31,320 nucleotides of DNA from a virus (IMGVR_UViG_2734482786_000007:1-31320), one strand, 5' to 3'; positions 17,905 to 26,923 are shown, numbered from the stretch's first letter. A program made the numbers and translations. Notes: generated by a model from the letters alone, not told the origin.

Positions 17905-18349
17905 GTTTAAGCGTTTTGAAGACCGGCTGACCGGACTGATTGAGTCGCTGTCACCATCAGGGCGTCGGCGACTGAGTGCCGAACTGGCGAAACGTCTGCG
18001 GCAGAGTCAGCAGCATCGTGTGATGGCACAGAAAGCCCCGGACGGCACCCCCTACGCGCCACGCCAGCAGCAGAGCGCCAGAAAAAAGACCGGTCGCGTT
18101 AAGCGAAAAATGTTTGCGAAACTTATCACCAGTCGTTTTTTGCATATCCGCGCCAGCCCGGAACAGGCATCAATGGAATTTTACGGCGGGAAGTCACCGA
18201 AAATCGCCAGTGTGCATCAGTTCGGTCTGTCGGAAGAAAACCGGAAAGACGGTAAGAAAATTGATTATCCGGCGCGTCCTCTGCTCGGCTTTACCGGTGA
18301 GGATGTGCAGATGATTGAAGAGATTATCCTGGCTCACCTCGACCGTTAG
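17897..18349 (+). CDS. S: Tail completion protein S (150 aa)
   Basis: Size identical to P2 S; start overlaps the end of R. Confidence 0.85.
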   Translation: MNEFKRFEDRLTGLIESLSPSGRRRLSAELAKRLRQSQQHRVMAQKAPDGTPYAPRQQQSARKKTGRVKRKMFAKLITSRFLHIRASPEQASMEFYGGKSPKIASVHQFGLSEENRKDGKKIDYPARPLLGFTGEDVQMIEEIILAHLDR

Positions 18350-18350
18350 T

Positions 18351-18368
18351 TGTGCCATTCCCGACACC
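18351..18368 (+). promoter_or_regulatory. Candidate late promoter element upstream of V (TGT-N12-ACC)
   Basis: Near-match to the TGT-N12-ACA dyad, in the 66-bp gap between S and V where the P2 PV promoter is expected. The spacing to the V start codon is shorter than ideal, so this is tentative. Confidence 0.2.
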
Positions 18369-18415
18369 TCATCGTCACATTGCCGCCGGTATGACCCGGC
18401 GGCATCCTTCCCGTT

Positions 18416-19051
18416 ATGAACACTCTCGCAAATATTCAGGAACTCGCGCGCGCACTGCGCAACATGATCCGCACCGGCATTATCGTCGAAACCGACCTTA
18501 ACGCCGGTCGCTGCCGTGTGCAGACCGGCGGCATGTGCACCGACTGGCTTCAGTGGCTGACCCATCGCGCCGGGCGTTCGCGCACATGGTGGGCACCTTC
18601 CGTGGGGGAACAGGTGCTGATTCTGGCCGTGGGCGGTGAACTCGACACGGCGTTCGTTCTGCCGGGGATTTATTCCGGTGATAACCCTCCGCCGTCTGCG
18701 TCGGCGGATGCCCTGCATATCCGTTTCCCTGACGGGGCGGTGATTGAGTATGAACCCGAAACCAGTGCACTCACGGTAAGCGGAATTAAAACGGCCAGCG
18801 TGACGGCTTCTGATTCTGTTACTGCCACGGTACCGGTGGTCACGGTGAAAGCGTCAACCCGTGTCACCCTGGACACACCGGAAGTGGTCTGCACTAACAA
18901 ACTGACTACCGGCACGCTGGAAGTGCAGAAGGGCGGGACGATGCGCGGCAACATTGAACACACCGGCGGTGAACTCTCATCAAACGGTAAGGTACTGCAT
19001 ACCCATAAACACCCCGGCGACAGCGGCGGCACAACAGGGGGACCTCTATGA
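18416..19051 (+). CDS. V: Baseplate central spike protein (P2 GpV-like), 211 aa
   Basis: Size identical to P2 V; first gene of the baseplate block V-W-J-I. Confidence 0.88.
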   Translation: MNTLANIQELARALRNMIRTGIIVETDLNAGRCRVQTGGMCTDWLQWLTHRAGRSRTWWAPSVGEQVLILAVGGELDTAFVLPGIYSGDNPPPSASADALHIRFPDGAVIEYEPETSALTVSGIKTASVTASDSVTATVPVVTVKASTRVTLDTPEVVCTNKLTTGTLEVQKGGTMRGNIEHTGGELSSNGKVLHTHKHPGDSGGTTGGPL

Positions 19052-19395
19052 CTGCGCGTTATCTCGGAATGAATCGCAGTGATGGCCTGACTGTCACTGA
19101 CCTTGAGCATATCAGCCAGAGTATCGGCGATATCCTGCGCACACCGGTCGGCTCACGGGTGATGCGTCGTGATTACGGCTCGTTGCTGGCGTCAATGATT
19201 GACCAGCCGCAGACCCCGGCGCTTGAGTTGCAGATTAAAGTCGCCTGTTACATGGCAGTGCTGAAATGGGAACCCCGCGTCACCCTGTCATCCGTCACCA
19301 CGGCGCGCAGTTTTGACGGGCGAATGACGGTCACGTTAACCGGCCAGCACAACGACACCGGCCAGCCACTTTCGTTAACCATCCCTGTGAGTTGA
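19048..19395 (+). CDS. W: Baseplate wedge protein W (gp25-like), 115 aa
   Basis: Size identical to P2 W; start overlaps the V stop. Confidence 0.88.
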   Translation: MTARYLGMNRSDGLTVTDLEHISQSIGDILRTPVGSRVMRRDYGSLLASMIDQPQTPALELQIKVACYMAVLKWEPRVTLSSVTTARSFDGRMTVTLTGQHNDTGQPLSLTIPVS

Positions 19396-19399
19396 AACC

Positions 19400-20308
19400 A
19401 TGCCGATTATCGACCTGAACCAGCTACCCGCACCGGATGTGGTCGAGGAGCTGGACTTTGAAACCATTCTTGCCGAACGCAAGGCGACACTGATTTCCCT
19501 TTACCCGGAAGACCAGCAGGAGGCGGTCGCCCGTACCCTGACGCTGGAATCCGAGCCTCTCGTCAAACTGCTGGAGGAAAATGCTTATCGTGAGCTTATC
19601 TGGCGTCAGCGTGTGAATGAGGCCGCACGGGCGGTAATGCTGGCCTGTGCCGCCGGTAATGACCTTGATGTGATTGGTGCCAATTACAACACCACGCGCC
19701 TGACTATCACTCCGGCAGATGATTCGACCATCCCGCCGACACCGGCAGTGATGGAGTCTGACACCGATTATCGTCTGCGTATTCAGCAGGCTTTTGAGGG
19801 CTTAAGCGTCGCCGGGTCAGTGGGAGCTTATCAGTATCATGGTCGCAGTGCCGACGGGCGTGTCGCCGATATTTCTGTCACCAGTCCGTCTCCTGCCTGC
19901 GTCACCATCTCTGTGCTGTCACGTGAAAATAACGGTGTCGCATCCGAAGACCTGCTGGCCGTGGTGCGTAACGCCCTGAATGGCGAGGACGTCAGACCGG
20001 TGGCCGACCGCGTGACCGTGCAGTCTGCCGCCATTGTTGAATACCAGATAAACGCCACGCTTTACCTTTACCCTGGTCCCGAAAGCGAACCCATCCGCGC
20101 GGCCGCCGTGAAAAAACTGGAAGCATACATCACGGCACAGCACCGGCTGGGGCGCGACATCCGTCTGTCTGCCATTTATGCCGCCTTGCATGTGGAAGGT
20201 GTGCAGCGTGTCGAACTGGCTGCACCGCTGGCCGACATCGTGCTCAACAATACGCAGGCGTCTTTCTGTACCGAATACCGCGTCGTGACCGGAGGCTCGG
20301 ATGAGTGA
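19400..20308 (+). CDS. J: Baseplate protein J, 302 aa
   Basis: Size identical to P2 J; synteny. Confidence 0.88.
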   Translation: MPIIDLNQLPAPDVVEELDFETILAERKATLISLYPEDQQEAVARTLTLESEPLVKLLEENAYRELIWRQRVNEAARAVMLACAAGNDLDVIGANYNTTRLTITPADDSTIPPTPAVMESDTDYRLRIQQAFEGLSVAGSVGAYQYHGRSADGRVADISVTSPSPACVTISVLSRENNGVASEDLLAVVRNALNGEDVRPVADRVTVQSAAIVEYQINATLYLYPGPESEPIRAAAVKKLEAYITAQHRLGRDIRLSAIYAALHVEGVQRVELAAPLADIVLNNTQASFCTEYRVVTGGSDE

Positions 20309-20831
20309 TTCGCGACTGCTGCCGACCGGCTCATCACCGCTTGAAGTTGCCGCCGCAAAAGCCTGTGCGGAAATTGAAAAAACACCGGTCAGTATTCGTG
20401 AGCTGTGGAACCCGGACACCTGCCCGGCAAATCTGCTGCCGTGGCTGGCGTGGGCGTTTTCGGTCGACAGATGGGATGAAAAGTGGCCGAAAGCGACAAA
20501 ACGCGCCGTTATCCGCGATGCCTATTTCATCCACTGTCATAAAGGCACTATCGGCGCAATCCGGCGTGTGGTGGAGCCGCTAGGCTATCTCATCAACGTG
20601 ACGGAGTGGTGGGAAAACAGTGACCCGCCCGGCACTTTCCGGCTTGATATTGGTGTACTGGAAAGCGGTATCACAGAGGCAATGTATCAGGAAATGGAAC
20701 GGCTGATTGCCGATGCCAAACCTGCAAGCCGTCACCTTATTGGTCTGAACATTACCCGGGACATTCCCGGCTACCTGTTCGCCGGTGGTGTGGCTTATGA
20801 CGGCGATGTAATTACGGTTTACCCCGGATAA
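20301..20831 (+). CDS. I: Baseplate protein I, 176 aa
   Basis: Size identical to P2 I; start overlaps the J stop. Confidence 0.88.
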   Translation: MSDSRLLPTGSSPLEVAAAKACAEIEKTPVSIRELWNPDTCPANLLPWLAWAFSVDRWDEKWPKATKRAVIRDAYFIHCHKGTIGAIRRVVEPLGYLINVTEWWENSDPPGTFRLDIGVLESGITEAMYQEMERLIADAKPASRHLIGLNITRDIPGYLFAGGVAYDGDVITVYPG

Positions 20832-20841
20832 GTGAGGAATA

Positions 20842-22971
20842 ATGAGCACAAAATTCAAAACCGTTATCACCACTGCCGGTGCAGCAAAGCTGGCAGCAGC
20901 AACCGCACCGGGAGGGCGGAAGGTCAACATTACCACGATGGCCGTCGGGGATGGCGGTGGTAAATTGCCTGTCCCGGATGCCGGACAGACCGGGCTTATC
21001 CATGAAGTCTGGCGACATGCGCTGAACAAAATCAGCCAGGACAAACGAAACAGTAATTATATTATCGCAGAGCTGGTTATTCCGCCGGAGGTGGGCGGTT
21101 TCTGGATGCGTGAGCTTGGCCTGTACGATGATGCGGGAACGTTAATTGCCGTGGCGAACATGGCCGAAAGCTATAAGCCAGCCCTTGCCGAAGGCTCAGG
21201 ACGTTCGCAGACCTGTCGCATGGTCATCATCGTCAGCAGTGTGACCTCAGTGGCGCTGACCATTGACACCACAACGGTGATGGCGACGCAGGATTACGTT
21301 GATGACAAAATTGCAGAACATGAACAGTCACGACGTCACCCGGACGCCTCGCTGACCGCAAAAGGTTTTACTCAGTTAAGCAGTGCGACCAACAGCACGT
21401 CTGAAACACTGGCTGCAACGCCGAAAGCGGTTAAGGCCGCATATGACCTGGCTAACGGGAAATATACCGCACAGGACGCTACCACAGCGCGAAAAGGTCT
21501 TGTCCAGCTCAGTAGTGCCACCAACAGCACGTCTGAAACGCTTGCCGCAACACCAAAAGCGGTAAAAGCAGCATATGACCTTGCTAACGGGAAATATACC
21601 GCACAGGACGCCACCACAGCGCGAAAAGGTCTTGTCCAGCTCAGTAGCGTCACCAACAGCGATTCTGAAACGCTTGCGGCAACGCCAAAGGCGGTAAAGG
21701 CCGCGTATGACCTTGCTAACGGGAAATATACTGCACAGGATGCCACCACAGCGCGAAAAGGTCTTGTCCAGCTCAGTAGCGCCACCAACAGTGATTCTGA
21801 AACGCTGGCTGCAACGCCAAAGGCGGTTAAGACAGCGTATGACCTTGCTAACGGGAAATACACTGCACAGGATGCCACCACAGCGCGAAAAGGTCTTGTC
21901 CAGCTCAGTAGCGCCGCCAACAGTGATTCTGAAACGCTGGCTGCAACACCAAAAGCGGTGAAGTCTGCCAATGACAATGCTGAAAAACGTCTTCAGAAAG
22001 ATAAGAACGGTGCGGATATTCCTGATAAAAGATTATTCCTGCGTAATATCGGCACAACAAATTCAACAACCATATCTTTTAGTGGTGGCGCTGGATGGTT
22101 CAGGCTGGCAACTGTAACCATGCCACAGGCCAGTTCCGTGGTTTACATAAGCCTGATTGGTGGTGCAGGGTATAACGTTGGCTCTCCGCAGCAAACAGGC
22201 ATCTCTGAGCTGGTTCTGCGTGCAGGAAATGGAAATCCAAAAGGTCTTACTGGTGCATTATGGCGACGGACCTCGGTTGGATTTACTAATTTTGCATGGG
22301 TGAATATATCTGGTGATACCTATGATATTTATGTAGAAATAGGTAATTACGCCACGGGTGTTAATATTCAGTGGGATTATACCAGTAACGCCAGCGTAAC
22401 GATTCATACATCACCAACTTATACAGCGAATAAACCAACAGGCCTGACAGATGGAACTGTATATATAATTTACAGTTCGCACATTAAACCAACTGCTGCT
22501 GATGTTGGGGCGTTGTCATTATCTGGAGGTCAATTGAATGGTGCACTGGGCATCGGAACATCCAGTGCTCTTGGCGGTAACTCGATTGTTTTGGGTGATA
22601 ATGACACGGGCTTTAAACAAAATGGCGACGGTAATCTGGATGTTTATGCTAATAACGTCCATGTTATGCGCTTTGTCTCCGGTAGCATTCAAAGTAATAA
22701 AACCATAAATATTACGGGGCGTGTTAACCCCTCGGATTACGGTAACTTTGATTCCCGCTATGTCCGGGATATCCGGCTTGGTGGTGCTGCCACATACAAA
22801 CCTGCGAACAATGGCATGACATGGACACATCAGGCACCGTCCGGGTGTGTATATTCCGGCATTATTGTTCAGGATACCGGCTCAAACTCTGCCGATAACA
22901 TTGGTGGCGTATATTACAGACCGGTTCAGAAATACATTAACGGGACATGGTATAACGTGGCACAGGTATAA
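20842..22971 (+). CDS. H: Tail fibre protein (P2 GpH-like), 709 aa, with internal tandem repeats and an AT-richer C-terminal domain
   Basis: Follows the baseplate genes and is followed by the tail fibre assembly gene G; conserved N-terminal part, repeat block in the middle, compositionally distinct C-terminal part. Confidence 0.88.
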   Translation: MSTKFKTVITTAGAAKLAAATAPGGRKVNITTMAVGDGGGKLPVPDAGQTGLIHEVWRHALNKISQDKRNSNYIIAELVIPPEVGGFWMRELGLYDDAGTLIAVANMAESYKPALAEGSGRSQTCRMVIIVSSVTSVALTIDTTTVMATQDYVDDKIAEHEQSRRHPDASLTAKGFTQLSSATNSTSETLAATPKAVKAAYDLANGKYTAQDATTARKGLVQLSSATNSTSETLAATPKAVKAAYDLANGKYTAQDATTARKGLVQLSSVTNSDSETLAATPKAVKAAYDLANGKYTAQDATTARKGLVQLSSATNSDSETLAATPKAVKTAYDLANGKYTAQDATTARKGLVQLSSAANSDSETLAATPKAVKSANDNAEKRLQKDKNGADIPDKRLFLRNIGTTNSTTISFSGGAGWFRLATVTMPQASSVVYISLIGGAGYNVGSPQQTGISELVLRAGNGNPKGLTGALWRRTSVGFTNFAWVNISGDTYDIYVEIGNYATGVNIQWDYTSNASVTIHTSPTYTANKPTGLTDGTVYIIYSSHIKPTAADVGALSLSGGQLNGALGIGTSSALGGNSIVLGDNDTGFKQNGDGNLDVYANNVHVMRFVSGSIQSNKTINITGRVNPSDYGNFDSRYVRDIRLGGAATYKPANNGMTWTHQAPSGCVYSGIIVQDTGSNSADNIGGVYYRPVQKYINGTWYNVAQV
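21358..21969 (+). repeat. About 4.6 tandem copies of a 132-bp (44-aa) in-frame repeat inside tail fibre gene H
   Basis: Unit LSSATNSTSETLAATPKAVKAAYDLANGKYTAQDATTARKGLVQ recurs with a period of exactly 132 nt (unit starts at 21376, 21508, 21640, 21772, 21904) with a few synonymous and conservative differences between copies. Confidence 0.9.
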
Positions 22972-22974
22972 TTT

Positions 22975-23502
22975 ATGCAGCATTTAAAAAATATTACGGC
23001 GGGTAATCCAAAAACGGTTGAACAATATCAATTGACAAAGGGTTTTGATGTTGTTTGGTTTTTTTCAGAAGATGGTAAGAACTGGTACGAAGAACAAAAG
23101 TATTTTACTGATGATACGATAAAAATAGCGTACGACAAAGATAATATTATCCGCTATGTGGAAAAGGATGTGACAGCTATCAGACCAGATGGATTAAGTG
23201 TTGTTGAAGTGCCGGATATTACTGCTAACCGACGGGCGGACATTTCAGGGAACTGGATGTTTAAGGACGGTACAGTGATTAAACGAATTTATACGGCAGA
23301 GGAATTGCAGCAGCAGGCAGAAAATCGGAAAGCCAGACTTCTAGCAGATGCTGAATCCGTTATTTTGCCGCTGGAGCGCGCTGTCAGGCTGAATATGGCA
23401 ACAGATGAGGAGCGTAGCCGACTGGAAGCATGGGAACGCTACAGTGTTCTGGTCAGCCGTGTGGATCCTGCAAATCCTGAATGGCCGGAAATGCCGCAAT
23501 AA
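22975..23502 (+). CDS. G: Tail fibre assembly chaperone (P2 GpG-like), 175 aa
   Basis: Size identical to P2 G; immediately downstream of H; C-terminal EWPEMP-type tail characteristic of tail fibre assembly proteins. Confidence 0.85.
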   Translation: MQHLKNITAGNPKTVEQYQLTKGFDVVWFFSEDGKNWYEEQKYFTDDTIKIAYDKDNIIRYVEKDVTAIRPDGLSVVEVPDITANRRADISGNWMFKDGTVIKRIYTAEELQQQAENRKARLLADAESVILPLERAVRLNMATDEERSRLEAWERYSVLVSRVDPANPEWPEMPQ

Positions 23503-23891
23503 GTGATATGATCTCTTGTGTTAGTTAACATAGCTATAGTACAGAGTAAGGCCTAATCTGACAGTCCGCTCTGTGCTAGGAGCGGACATTATCAACATCA
23601 TGCTATGTTAATGTATAAAGTGAAGATAAATTGATATAATAAGGCCACCATGAATATTTCAGAACCTTGTCAAAAGGTTTGCACATACTCTAGTCTTGCA
23701 ATGTGTAGTTGATAGTTCCACTGAGGAGGTTCTTCGACATTCTTTATAAAAATGTACATTTCCATCAGTAATAAGAGGTAAAAGGGCTTTAATAGTTTTT
23801 TGTGGATGTTGTTTCTACTCATAAATTTTGAGATAAGTATTGAGTTGAGATAAAGTTAAACTCGTTAAATTCACTTTTAAAAGGATAAAGC

Positions 23892-24419
23892 ATGGACTGG
23901 AAAGATCTTGCATCAACCGCTGTGTATACAGGTATGACTGATGAAAATGAAAGCATATGGGAACGTGTTGATGGGGTTGACGTTGCCTTCATAGGTGCCT
24001 TTCTTACTGCGCACTTGAGCCTTGAAAAGTATATTACTGATTATCTTGGATTAAGATATCCTTCGTTAGCTTGGGGTGATGCAAAACTCACATTTTCACA
24101 AAAAATAGCTTTAATACAACATGAGCCTGCAAAATCCCCTTATGATGAAATATATTTAAGAATAAAAGACTTTAACAGCATAAGAAATAAAATCAGTCAT
24201 CAATTGAATTATCAGATTACGGATAAAGAAAAAAGTAAGTTTGTGGACTTCTACATGAAGATTACTAAAGCCAGTAAAACTAAACCAAATATTGACATTG
24301 ATAACATGGCAGATTTGTTGGATTTTTTCGTATCGATGACGAAATCCTATTTTGCTAGTGCTATTTCTTATTGTCACTATAATAAAAAGCTTGCAGGTAA
24401 AAGTAATAAAATTGATTAA
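23892..24419 (+). CDS. Cargo protein at the Z/fun position, 175 aa, with an HEPN-like R-N-x3-H motif; candidate abortive-infection/defence gene
   Basis: AT-rich ORF with its own AAGGA Shine-Dalgarno, isolated by about 390 bp and 300 bp of non-coding DNA between G and FI; motif I-R98-N-K-I-S-H103 (nt 24183..24200) fits the Rx4-6H HEPN signature. Confidence 0.6.
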   Translation: MDWKDLASTAVYTGMTDENESIWERVDGVDVAFIGAFLTAHLSLEKYITDYLGLRYPSLAWGDAKLTFSQKIALIQHEPAKSPYDEIYLRIKDFNSIRNKISHQLNYQITDKEKSKFVDFYMKITKASKTKPNIDIDNMADLLDFFVSMTKSYFASAISYCHYNKKLAGKSNKID

Positions 24420-24594
24420 TAAAACTGGACTTAGGGATAATTAATATATAGACGTTCTATCATTTTTAGAGTGTGCGGCAGCTCCATACATTCATGCGGA
24501 TGTCAGCACCTCGCTCAAAGCAGACAGTCAGATTTGATAGCGTTTGGACTATGTAAATAGTCAGTTGGAAAATGAGTGAGTACAAATCAGGACA

Positions 24595-24622
24595 GGCGGG
24601 CGAATTGCCCGCCTTTTCTTTA
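24595..24622 (+). terminator. Intrinsic terminator upstream of the FI late operon
   Basis: GC-rich 7-bp stem GGCGGGC/GCCCGCC with loop GAATT, followed by TTTTCTTTAT. Confidence 0.6.
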
Positions 24623-24624
24623 TC

Positions 24625-24645
24625 TGTTGTTTCATCCACTGACCA
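24625..24645 (+). promoter_or_regulatory. Candidate Ogr-dependent late promoter element upstream of FI (imperfect TGT-N12-ACA-like site)
   Basis: CTGTTGT-N12-CCA directly after the terminator and about 90 bp upstream of the FI start; shares the CTGTTGT core with the site upstream of O. Confidence 0.3.
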
Positions 24646-24717
24646 GCCAGGTCAAATAGCGCCTCATACTCTGCACAACAGAAAATAATTGCACCCATTA
24701 ACCACGGAGTTAAACGG

Positions 24718-25908
24718 ATGAGTGACTATCATCACGGCGTGCAGGTGCTGGAGATTAACGACGGCACCCGCGTCATTTCCACCGTATCCACTGCCATTGT
24801 CGGCATGGTCTGCACGGCCAGCGATGCGGATGCGGAAATCTTCCCCCTCAATAAACCGGTGCTGATTACCAATGTGCAGAGCGCAATTGCGAAGGCCGGT
24901 AAAAAAGGCACGCTGGCGGCATCGTTGCAGGCCATCGCCGACCAGTCAAAACCGGTCACCGTTGTCGTGCGCGTGGAAGACGGCACCGGCGACGACGAAG
25001 AAACGAAACTCGCGCAGACCGTTTCCAATATCATCGGCACCACCGACGAAAACGGTCAGTACACCGGACTGAAAGCCCTGCTGGCGGCGGAGTCGGTAAC
25101 CGGTGTTAAACCGCGTATTCTCGGTGTGCCGGGACTGGACACCAAAGAGGTGGCTGTTGCACTGGTATCCGTCTGTCAGAAGCTGCGCGCTTTCGGGTAT
25201 ATCAGCGCATGGGGCTGTAAGACCATTTCCGAGGTGAAAGCCTACCGCCAGAATTTCAGCCAGCGTGAGCTGATGGTCATCTGGCCGGATTTCCTCGCAT
25301 GGGATACGGTCACCAGCACCACCGCCACCGCGTATGCCACCGCCCGTGCGCTGGGTCTGCGTGCCAGAATCGACCAGGAGCAGGGCTGGCATAAAACGCT
25401 GTCCAATGTCGGGGTGAACGGTGTTACCGGCATCAGCGCATCTGTATTCTGGGATTTGCAGGAGTCCGGCACCGATGCTGACCTGCTTAACGAGTCAGGC
25501 GTCACTACGCTGATTCGCCGTGACGGTTTCCGCTTCTGGGGTAACCGTACCTGCTCTGATGATCCGCTGTTCCTCTTTGAAAACTACACCCGCACCGCGC
25601 AGGTGCTGGCCGACACGATGGCTGAGGCGCACATGTGGGCGGTGGACAAGCCCATCACCGCAACGCTGATTCGCGACATCGTTGACGGCATCAATGCCAA
25701 ATTCCGTGAGCTGAAAACAAACGGCTATATCGTGGATGCGACCTGCTGGTTCAGCGAAGAATCCAACGATGCGGAAACCCTTAAGGCCGGAAAACTGTAT
25801 ATCGACTACGACTATACCCCGGTGCCTCCTCTTGAAAACCTGACCCTGCGCCAGCGTATTACCGATAATTATCTGGCAAATCTGGTCACCTCGGTTAACA
25901 GCAATTAA
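24718..25908 (+). CDS. FI: Contractile tail sheath protein (P2 GpFI-like), 396 aa
   Basis: Size identical to P2 FI; GGAG Shine-Dalgarno; followed by the tail tube gene. Confidence 0.9.
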   Translation: MSDYHHGVQVLEINDGTRVISTVSTAIVGMVCTASDADAEIFPLNKPVLITNVQSAIAKAGKKGTLAASLQAIADQSKPVTVVVRVEDGTGDDEETKLAQTVSNIIGTTDENGQYTGLKALLAAESVTGVKPRILGVPGLDTKEVAVALVSVCQKLRAFGYISAWGCKTISEVKAYRQNFSQRELMVIWPDFLAWDTVTSTTATAYATARALGLRARIDQEQGWHKTLSNVGVNGVTGISASVFWDLQESGTDADLLNESGVTTLIRRDGFRFWGNRTCSDDPLFLFENYTRTAQVLADTMAEAHMWAVDKPITATLIRDIVDGINAKFRELKTNGYIVDATCWFSEESNDAETLKAGKLYIDYDYTPVPPLENLTLRQRITDNYLANLVTSVNSN

Positions 25909-25920
25909 GGAGCCTGACCG

Positions 25921-26439
25921 ATGGCAATGCCGCGCAAACTCAAGTTAATGAACGTCTTTCTGAACGGCTACAGCTATCAGGGCGTTGCAAAGTCCGTCAC
26001 GCTGCCAAAACTGACCCGTAAGCTCGAAAACTATCGCGGTGCGGGGATGAACGGCAGCGCACCGGTAGACCTCGGTCTTGATGACGATGCGCTGTCAATG
26101 GAGTGGTCGCTCGGTGGCTTCCCGGATTCGGTTATCTGGGAGCTTTACGCCGCAACCGGTGTGGATGCTGTGCCGATTCGTTTTGCAGGCTCTTACCAGC
26201 GTGACGATACCGGCGAAACGGTGGCCGTCGAAGTGGTCATGCGTGGACGTCAGAAAGAAATCGACACCGGCGAGGGTAAACAGGGAGAAGACACTGAGTC
26301 GAAAATCTCCGTGGTCTGCACCTATTTCCGGCTGACGATGGACGGTAAGGAGCTGGTCGAAATCGACACCATCAACATGATTGAGAAGGTGAACGGCGTC
26401 GACCGGCTGGAGCAACACCGCCGCAATATCGGCCTGTGA
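25921..26439 (+). CDS. FII: Tail tube protein (P2 GpFII-like), 172 aa
   Basis: Size identical to P2 FII; AGGAG Shine-Dalgarno 7 nt upstream. Confidence 0.9.
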   Translation: MAMPRKLKLMNVFLNGYSYQGVAKSVTLPKLTRKLENYRGAGMNGSAPVDLGLDDDALSMEWSLGGFPDSVIWELYAATGVDAVPIRFAGSYQRDDTGETVAVEVVMRGRQKEIDTGEGKQGEDTESKISVVCTYFRLTMDGKELVEIDTINMIEKVNGVDRLEQHRRNIGL

Positions 26440-26495
26440 TTTTCATCCGGTCAGCCAGGCTGACCGGTTAACCCTGATTCAGAAGTGAGAAAACC

Positions 26496-26771
26496 ATGAA
26501 CAAAGAAAATGTGATTACCCTGGACAATCCGGTCAAGCGTGGTGAGCAGGTCATCGAACAGGTCACGCTGATGAAACCCAATGCCGGGACGCTGCGCGGT
26601 GTCAGTCTGGCAGCGGTCGCGAACTCCGAAGTCGATGCACTGATTAAGGTGCTGCCGCGCATGACGGCACCGATGCTGACCGAGCAGGAAGTCGCCGCGC
26701 TGGAACTGCCTGACCTTGTGGCGCTGGCCGGTAAGGTGGTCGGTTTTTTGTCGCCGAACTCGGTGCAGTGA
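26496..26771 (+). CDS. E: Tail assembly chaperone E (91 aa)
   Basis: Size identical to P2 E; lies between the tail tube and tape-measure genes, the conserved position of the frameshifted chaperone pair. Confidence 0.85.
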   Translation: MNKENVITLDNPVKRGEQVIEQVTLMKPNAGTLRGVSLAAVANSEVDALIKVLPRMTAPMLTEQEVAALELPDLVALAGKVVGFLSPNSVQ

Positions 26772-26923
26772 CGTTTCCGAAAAATCTGTCGGTCGATGAC
26801 CTGATGGCGGATGTGGCAGTGATATTTCACTGGCCGCCATCAGAACTGTATCCCATGAGCCTGACCGAACTCATCACATGGCGCGAAAAGGCGCTCCGGC
26901 GAAGCGGAAACACGAATGAGTGA
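26496..26923 (+). CDS. E+E': E+E' extended tail assembly chaperone made by programmed -1 ribosomal frameshift at T TTT TTG (26744..26750); predicted 142 aa
   Basis: Canonical X XXY YYZ slippery heptamer in the E frame; the -1 frame stays open for 57 further codons to a TGA at 26921..26923, overlapping the T start. Product length equals P2 E+E' (142 aa). Confidence 0.75.

Noticed and set aside
18380-18401. Inverted repeat GCCGCCGG-N6-CCGGCGGC between S and V as a terminator
   Set aside because: No U-tract follows, and it lies inside an operon junction where a late promoter is expected; more likely a fortuitous GC-rich palindrome or a regulatory site that I cannot assign.
21358-21969. Repeat array as a possible CRISPR array
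   Set aside because: Period is 132 bp with no unique spacers, the copies are in-frame protein-coding sequence inside H, and there are no cas genes.
21372-21977. 201-aa ORF on the minus strand
   Set aside because: It is the antisense reading of the 132-bp tandem repeat in tail fibre gene H; the repeat periodicity creates a long open frame by chance. No ribosome binding site, and it lies wholly inside a conserved gene.
23650-23712. 20-aa mini-ORF (MNISEPCQKVCTYSSLAMCS) in the G to Z/fun intergenic region
   Set aside because: Too short to support without conservation data; could be a leader peptide but nothing in the sequence alone demonstrates it.
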